A DNA stretch of 64,000 bases from an uncultured Candidatus Saccharibacteria bacterium (lineage in GTDB: Bacteria; Patescibacteriota; Saccharimonadia; Saccharimonadales; Saccharimonadaceae), in assembly GCA_963542585.1 (NCBI GenBank), contig CAUTXA010000001.1:4456-68455 (forward strand), written 5' to 3'. The first letter of the stretch is position 1. The number at the start of each line of letters is the position of its first letter. The notes beneath the pieces are model-generated. The model was not told the origin of the DNA. It saw only the letters and a list, made by a program, of their open reading frames with translations, and did no database searches. The position numbers and the translations under genes were made by a program. Below, piece after piece: positions 58,710 through 64,000 of this stretch.

Positions 58710-60197
58710 ATGATATATGTACTGATCGCCCTAGTGGCGTTTGCTATTGGTGGCGGAGTGGCTCTGGCTGTCGCTAAGTCTCGTAACGCCAAGGCGGAGA
58801 CGACTGTTGATCAGATGATTGCCGATGCTAAGAATAAGGCTAGTGAAATCATCCTTAATGCCAGTCGTTCAGCCAAGAAAGAAGCTGACGATATTCGTCG
58901 TGAGGTGAAGAAGGCTGAAGACAAGGTGGCGGAGCGAGAGCACTCGTTGATCAATAAGATCAGTGAGCTGGACACCAGATCAGAGAAGCTACGCCAGAGT
59001 GAGCAGGAGATAGAGGATTTGAAGGGTGAGATCATCCGGATCAAAGAGCAGGCTCATTCCAAGCTGGAGAAGATCGCCGGACTCACCAAGAAACAGGCGG
59101 CCGAGAAACTGATGAAAGCGACTGAGAAAGAGACTAAAGGTGACCTGGTCAAGCTGGTCGATAAGCTACAGCGAGATGCTGAAAGCGATGCTGAACAGCG
59201 AGCTGAGATGATCATCGTGACGGCGATGGAGCGCCTTGCCTCTGATGTAACGGCAGAGCGGACTATCACGGCGATTGAGCTGCCTGATGATGAGATGAAA
59301 GGACGTATCATCGGTAAAGAGGGGCGCAATATCCAGGCGCTACAACGAGCTACCGGGGTGGATATCTTGGTCGACGATACACCGGGCATGGTGGTATTAA
59401 GCTCGTTTGACCCGGTGCGACGCCAGATTGCTCGCCTGTCGCTAGAGATGCTGATGAAAGACGGCCGGATTCACCCGGCTCGGATTGAGGAGGTGGTAGC
59501 TAAGGCAGAGCGCCAGATCGATAAAGAAGTTCAACGAGCCGGCGAGGACGCTGCTCGGGAAGCCGGTGTAGTTGGCATCCCGACAGAGATGGTGCACTTA
59601 CTGGGCGAGCTGAAGTTTCGTACCAGCTATGGGCAGAATGTTCTCAAGCATTCTATCGAGATGGCTCAGCTAGCCGGGATGATCGCCGAAGAGATCGGTG
59701 CTGATGTACGTATCAGTAAGACGGCTGCTTTGCTCCATGATGTGGGTAAGGCGGTAACCCACCGGATAGAGGGTAAGCACCACCATATCGGGGCAGCGCT
59801 GGCTCGTAAATACGGTATGGACGAGCGGATCGCTCATGCTATAGAGGCGCACCACGACGATATCGAGGCGACCACACCTGAGGCAATCATCGTTCGGGTC
59901 TGTGATGCTATGTCGGGTGCTAGGCCGGGGGCTCGCAATGTCAGCTCAGAGAACTTTGCCGAGCGGATGAAAGATCTGGAGAATATCGCTACATCATTTG
60001 ATGGTATCGATAAAGCCTACGCTATTTCAGCCGGGCGGGAGATTAGGGTGATGGTTAGCCCCGAGAAGATTGATGATCTGTCGTCGGTCAAGTTAGCCCG
60101 AGATATCGCTAATAAGATTGAATCAACCATGCAGTACCCGGGTACGATCAAGGTTAACGTTATCCGAGAGACTAGAGCGATAGAGTACGCTAAATAG
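58710..60197 (+). CDS. rny: Ribonuclease Y
   Basis: N-terminal TM helix, coiled coil, KH MKGRIIGKEGRNI, HD LLHDVGKA, AISAGREIRV. Confidence 0.97.
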   Translation: MIYVLIALVAFAIGGGVALAVAKSRNAKAETTVDQMIADAKNKASEIILNASRSAKKEADDIRREVKKAEDKVAEREHSLINKISELDTRSEKLRQSEQEIEDLKGEIIRIKEQAHSKLEKIAGLTKKQAAEKLMKATEKETKGDLVKLVDKLQRDAESDAEQRAEMIIVTAMERLASDVTAERTITAIELPDDEMKGRIIGKEGRNIQALQRATGVDILVDDTPGMVVLSSFDPVRRQIARLSLEMLMKDGRIHPARIEEVVAKAERQIDKEVQRAGEDAAREAGVVGIPTEMVHLLGELKFRTSYGQNVLKHSIEMAQLAGMIAEEIGADVRISKTAALLHDVGKAVTHRIEGKHHHIGAALARKYGMDERIAHAIEAHHDDIEATTPEAIIVRVCDAMSGARPGARNVSSENFAERMKDLENIATSFDGIDKAYAISAGREIRVMVSPEKIDDLSSVKLARDIANKIESTMQYPGTIKVNVIRETRAIEYAK

Positions 60198-60209
60198 CGC
60201 AGTGATTTC

Positions 60210-60251
60210 CTCATTACACATTATTGCAAAAATGCATTTTTGTGTAATGAG
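60210..60251. repeat. 11-bp perfect inverted repeat upstream of the AAA ATPase promoter
   Basis: CTCATTACACA-20 nt-TGTGTAATGAG, immediately before TGCTATAAT (60252-60260). Confidence 0.7.
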
Positions 60252-60277
60252 TGCTATAATGGAGCAAGGGATGAACT

Positions 60278-61468
60278 ATGGTAAGGATTAGGCGTAAATA
60301 TCTTAACGATATTATCCGTACGATAGGTACGGAGGATATTAAGGTTATTACCGGGGTGAGGCGGAGCGGCAAATCATTCCTTCTGGACGACTTCAAAAAG
60401 TACGTGATAGAAAATGTCAAAGAAGCTAATATCATCAGCTTTGACCTTTCTTCTCTGAAATACGAAGAATTGCGTGAGTATCACGCCCTGAATGATTATG
60501 TAGAGAAACACTATGTCAATAATAAGAGAAACTTTCTTTTTATCGACGAAGTACAGATGTGTAAGGGTTTTGAACTGGCGCTAAATAGCCTTCATGCTTC
60601 CCGTAAATATGATATCTATATCACGGGCTCTAACGCCTTTCTCGCTGGGAGTGACCTGGCGACGCTCTTTGTGGGGCGAACGTACACTATCGAGGTTTAT
60701 CCATTTTCTTTCGCCGAGTTTATGAGGTACTTTAATCATCAAGACAGATATGAAGCCTTTGACAAATATGTTCGGGAAGGTGGGATGTCGGGCTCTTATG
60801 AGTATCGGACTCTTGAAGATAAATACGGCTATCTACGTGAGACTTATGATACGCTGATCGTGCGTGATATCGAAGAAAAACACGGAGTGAAGAATGTCGC
60901 AGTCATGGATAGGCTGTCTGACTTCCTGATGGATAATGCTTCTAAGCCAACCTCTACTCGCAATATCACCAACACTCTGATCTCTAATAAGATTGAGGCA
61001 TCGAATAAGACGATTGCTGAGTATGTGAAGTACCTTTGCGAGGCTTATGCTTTCTATAAGGTGCGACGTTATGATATCAAGGGTAAACGATATCTTACCT
61101 CTACCGATAAATACTATCTTTCAGACCACGCTTTTCGCTATGCGAAACTGGGGACAAAAGTAGCTAACTTCGGTGATACATATGAGAATATCGTAGCTAT
61201 CGAGTTGATGCGTAGGGGCTATGAGGTATATGTCGGAGCGATGCGAGATAGTGAGATTGATTTTGTGGCAATTAAGGACGGCGAAAAGCTGTATATCCAA
61301 GTCTCTTACTTGATTATTGAGCGGGAAACTATGGAGCGTGAGGTTGCTCCTCTTATCAATATCCCCGGCGGCTATCAGAAGTTGCTTATTGCCGGCACGA
61401 GGCAGTCGGAAATGCAGTATGAGGGTATCCGTATCGTCGATATCGCCGACTGGCTACTGGAGGGATAG
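60278..61468 (+). CDS. AAA_14 / DUF4143-type ATP-binding protein
   Basis: ITGVRRSGKS, FIDEVQ, ITGSNA, YPFSFAEF, KYYLSD, ENIVA.EL, EIDFVA, YIQV. Confidence 0.88.
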   Translation: MVRIRRKYLNDIIRTIGTEDIKVITGVRRSGKSFLLDDFKKYVIENVKEANIISFDLSSLKYEELREYHALNDYVEKHYVNNKRNFLFIDEVQMCKGFELALNSLHASRKYDIYITGSNAFLAGSDLATLFVGRTYTIEVYPFSFAEFMRYFNHQDRYEAFDKYVREGGMSGSYEYRTLEDKYGYLRETYDTLIVRDIEEKHGVKNVAVMDRLSDFLMDNASKPTSTRNITNTLISNKIEASNKTIAEYVKYLCEAYAFYKVRRYDIKGKRYLTSTDKYYLSDHAFRYAKLGTKVANFGDTYENIVAIELMRRGYEVYVGAMRDSEIDFVAIKDGEKLYIQVSYLIIERETMEREVAPLINIPGGYQKLLIAGTRQSEMQYEGIRIVDIADWLLEG

Positions 61469-61547
61469 CTAGGCTGTGGGATACTGGAGTACTATATTAA
61501 TAAGCTGAAGCATTTTATGATGAAGTTTAGAAATAACGCTTGTTAGT

Positions 61548-61922
61548 CTAGTTAGGCGGAATTGCTGTTGAGCTGGATGAAGTACCGATAGAAGGTGGAT
61601 GATTAATACAGGCTAAGAAGTAGATCCAGCCATCGGGGCTGATGTATCTAGTGTCGTCGGCTATCATTTGATCGGTTGTACCGGCGCCGTCTAAGCGAAA
61701 CCAGCCGGTACTGTCTCGTCCATCAGTCAATCTCATGATAATGTCGTCAGCGGTGTACGGCTCGGCTATTCCGCCGTCGAATAACACAGCCTCGGTGGGA
61801 TGCTTAGAGCCGTTATTAATCCTAAGTAGGGCGAAATTAAGTCGATCATAAGAAAACGAATTGAGTTTGACGACGTTAATCGTGCCGGGGAGATACTTCT
61901 TAATGACGTCAAGATATTCCAC
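61548..61922 (-). CDS. Hypothetical protein
   Basis: 124-aa ORF with GTG start 6 nt after a TATAAT on the minus strand. Confidence 0.5.
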   Translation of the reverse strand: MEYLDVIKKYLPGTINVVKLNSFSYDRLNFALLRINNGSKHPTEAVLFDGGIAEPYTADDIIMRLTDGRDSTGWFRLDGAGTTDQMIADDTRYISPDGWIYFLACINHPPSIGTSSSSTAIPPN

Positions 61923-61996
61923 TCTATAATTATATGGCTAGCACCCTGCATTTGCCATATTACAGATATCTGATATACTACTTAACGTATTTGTCC

Positions 61997-62073
61997 GGCA
62001 CCGTAGCTCAGCTGGTCAGAGCGTGGGACTCATAAGCCCGAGGTCACTGGTTCGAGCCCAGTCGGTGCTACCA
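61997..62073 (+). tRNA. tRNA with CAT anticodon, probably elongator Met (Ile2 not excluded)
   Basis: GGCACCG/CGGTGCT acceptor stem, CTCATAA loop, GTTCGAG, CCA. Confidence 0.9.
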
Positions 62074-62092
62074 AGTGGACTATACAATTGAT

Positions 62093-62170
62093 CGCGGGGT
62101 GGAGCAGTCTGGTCAGCTCGCTTGGCTCATAACCAAGAGGTCGTTGGTTCAAATCCAACCCCCGCCACCA
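62093..62170 (+). tRNA. Initiator tRNA-fMet(CAT)
   Basis: CGCGGGGTGGAGCAG start, C1:C72 mismatch, CTCATAA loop, CCA. Confidence 0.92.
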
Positions 62171-62181
62171 AGAAATAATTT

Positions 62182-62209
62182 AGCCCTCCCAGTGGAGGGC
62201 TTCAATTTT
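62182..62209. terminator. Terminator after the tRNA pair
   Basis: AGCCCTCC-cagt-GGAGGGCT followed by a T-rich tract. Confidence 0.65.
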
Positions 62210-62231
62210 ATCTTACCTATCGTCTATGGTA

Positions 62232-62369
62232 TCAGTCTACCAGCTCGACAGTGGCGAGCTGAGCTAGCTTCTTCTGAATAAAGCTGGTTAGCTCGGCGCT
62301 ACTGCGCTGTCGATTCCAGCTATAGCTCCCTGTTTGGCTGAGGGTGCTTGGTTGATTCATTTTCTTCAT
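62232..62369 (-). CDS. Small 45-aa hypothetical protein
   Basis: SD AAAGGA and promoter TTGACA(62442-437)-17-TATTAT(62419-414). Confidence 0.55.
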   Translation of the reverse strand: MKKMNQPSTLSQTGSYSWNRQRSSAELTSFIQKKLAQLATVELVD

Positions 62370-62489
62370 CGGATGTCCTTTTATTAGATTGTTTATTTGT
62401 TGCAACTGCCAAGATAATAACAAACATAAGCTATATTGTCAAGTGCTAGACCATGTAGTATCGATAATGCAATATAGTAAAATACAGCT

Positions 62490-63416
62490 ATGACTAAGTA
62501 TCTCCTGGCTGTGTCTGGTGGAGTAGACTCAATTGTGCTGCTGGACATGGTGGCGACAAACTATCATGGCTTCCGGGAGAAATATCTTAGCGGAGCGCAA
62601 TTTCCGGCAGACTTCGTAGTAGTACATTATGACCATGGTATCAGAGGGAAAGTATCTGCTGAGGATGCCGAGTTTGTCCGGCAGCAGTGCCGTAACTACG
62701 GGGTGACAGTACGGTGTGGTTGCGGTAAGTTGGCTGCTGCTACCGGTGAGGCAGTAGCTCGTCAGTATCGTTATGGTTTCTTCCGGCGGGTGGCGGAGGC
62801 GATAGCGAGAGATGGTCCGGTTTACTTGGTGACGGCGCATCACCGGGATGATTTACTTGAGACCATCGCTCTTAATATAGTGCGAGGAACGGGTTGGCGG
62901 GGACTGGCGCCGATGAACCAGCCACAAGTACTCCGACCGCTCCTTGATATAGCTAAAGCAGAGTTAGTTAGCTATGCCATTGAGCATGGTCTAGCCTGGC
63001 GAGAAGATCAGACTAATGACAGCCTGAGATACCTGCGCAATCGTCTCCGGGCTTTACTGGTTAGCCGGTCACCGGCCGACAAAGCGAAGCTAACCCGGCT
63101 ATACGAGAGGCAGAAGCATTTGCGCCGGCAGATTGAGCAAGAGTTAGAGCATTACTGTGTTCGGCATGTTACTAGAGATAAGCAAGGTCAGTTAGTGTTG
63201 CGCCGTTATGATCTGATCATGCTGCCTAGCCGAGTGGCGATAGAGCTACTTCGCTATGCAACTGACGGATATCTGACTTCACCTCAGCTACGGCAACTCT
63301 TACTCTTTGCTAAGGTCGGCAGGTCTGGTAAACAAATGCGCTGGAAGAGGGTTGGAGTGCGGCTGGATACCAAGCTACTCTACTGTCGGCTAAGTGATTT
63401 GGCAATATATAAATGA
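62490..63416 (+). CDS. tilS: tRNA(Ile)-lysidine synthetase
   Basis: AVSGGVDS, HYDHGIR, EA.AR..RY.F, TAHHRDD..ET, RGTG..GL, RPLL, ED.TN....YLRNRLR. Confidence 0.95.
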   Translation: MTKYLLAVSGGVDSIVLLDMVATNYHGFREKYLSGAQFPADFVVVHYDHGIRGKVSAEDAEFVRQQCRNYGVTVRCGCGKLAAATGEAVARQYRYGFFRRVAEAIARDGPVYLVTAHHRDDLLETIALNIVRGTGWRGLAPMNQPQVLRPLLDIAKAELVSYAIEHGLAWREDQTNDSLRYLRNRLRALLVSRSPADKAKLTRLYERQKHLRRQIEQELEHYCVRHVTRDKQGQLVLRRYDLIMLPSRVAIELLRYATDGYLTSPQLRQLLLFAKVGRSGKQMRWKRVGVRLDTKLLYCRLSDLAIYK

Positions 63417-63460
63417 TGAGTTATTCTGATAATAAGCATAAGGGATGGGAATGAAAAATA

Positions 63461-64000
63461 ATGGACACGTCGGCTGGTGAAAAGGTAGCTTTAATTACTA
63501 CCGAGTCACTGACTAAGCGTTACCGAGTGGGTGGTCATGATCTACTAGCGACGGACAATGTCTCAATCACCATAAATCAGGGTGAATTCGTGGCGATAAT
63601 AGGCGAAAGCGGTAGCGGCAAAAGCACACTGTTGCAGTTGCTAGGCGGGCTAGACAAACCAACCAGTGGCTCGGTAACCATTGGCGGAGTGGATATTACC
63701 AATCTGAGTGATGGTAAGTTGTCTAAGTTTCGTAGCCAGACGATCGGTTTTGTCTTTCAGTCTTTTTACCTCCAGCCGTTCCTGACCTTGCGACGTAATA
63801 TTGAAGTAGCAGCTATGCCCAGCCGGATGAAGCGAGCTGCCAGGCGAGCCAGGACGGATGAGCTAGCTGAACAAGTCGGGTTAACTGACCGACTAGGCTA
63901 TTATCCTCGCCAGCTATCAGGTGGTCAGATCCAGCGAGTGGCCATCGCTCGGGCACTCTTTAATAAGCCGCCAATTCTACTGGCTGACGAGCCGACCGGC
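63461..64000 (+). CDS. ABC transporter ATP-binding protein (LolD/MacB type), 3'-truncated
   Basis: Translates MDTSAGEKVALITTESLTKRY...GESGSGKSTLL...GFVFQSFYL...LSGGQIQRVAIARAL...LADEPTG to the window end. Confidence 0.9.
   Translation, partial: MDTSAGEKVALITTESLTKRYRVGGHDLLATDNVSITINQGEFVAIIGESGSGKSTLLQLLGGLDKPTSGSVTIGGVDITNLSDGKLSKFRSQTIGFVFQSFYLQPFLTLRRNIEVAAMPSRMKRAARRARTDELAEQVGLTDRLGYYPRQLSGGQIQRVAIARALFNKPPILLADEPTG

Noticed and set aside
58598..58712. SRP (4.5S) RNA-like fragments GCCGAACCATGT ... CCGGAAAGGAAGCA upstream of rny
   Set aside because: The halves are about 80 nt apart with a promoter-like TGCTACAAT between them, the CAGG bulge is missing, and AAAGGAAG is simply the rny SD.
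60198..62230. tRNA-anchored genomic island or prophage
   Set aside because: No integrase and no duplicated tRNA 3' end (att) were found by eye.
1..64000. CRISPR arrays, IS elements, rRNA, and the many short antisense or shadow ORFs in the track
   Set aside because: No regularly spaced repeats, transposase motifs or rRNA sequence were seen. The shadow ORFs lie within well-supported genes.

Overview
This is a chromosomal window around the replication origin of a small-genome bacterium. Gene content and style (T4SS-pilin array, stand-alone PrgI/VirB4/VirB6, short TsaB and TilS, bifunctional PGI/PMI, very tight packing) point to Patescibacteria, most likely Saccharibacteria; this assignment is inference. 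In order, the window holds a truncated surface protein, pyrG, two tRNA-Ser, comF, hsp20, seven tandem VirB2-like pilin genes, a VirB6-like giant membrane protein, CIRCE-groES-groEL, and a prgI/virB4/DAG-kinase operon. Next come a MacB-type ABC pair, recF-dnaN-oriC-dnaA-rpmH-rnpA-yidC-jag, and a ~21 kb surface-glycan locus (GtrA/B, wzm/wzt, glf, several glycosyltransferases, an LGFP-repeat protein, LCP). The last part has trmB, mscS, an S66/MccF-like peptidase, recX-recA, tsaB, rny, an AAA ATPase, two CAT tRNAs, tilS and a partial ABC ATPase. The most striking unannotated element is a complete hisL-like transcription attenuator at 55170-55274. It has a leaderless leader peptide MTRLFLQHHHHFHN and mutually exclusive 1:2, 2:3 and 3:4 helices. 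It precedes an MccF-like S66 peptidase rather than histidine biosynthesis genes. Many genes also appear to be transcribed as leaderless mRNAs. No CRISPR array, IS element or prophage was seen.
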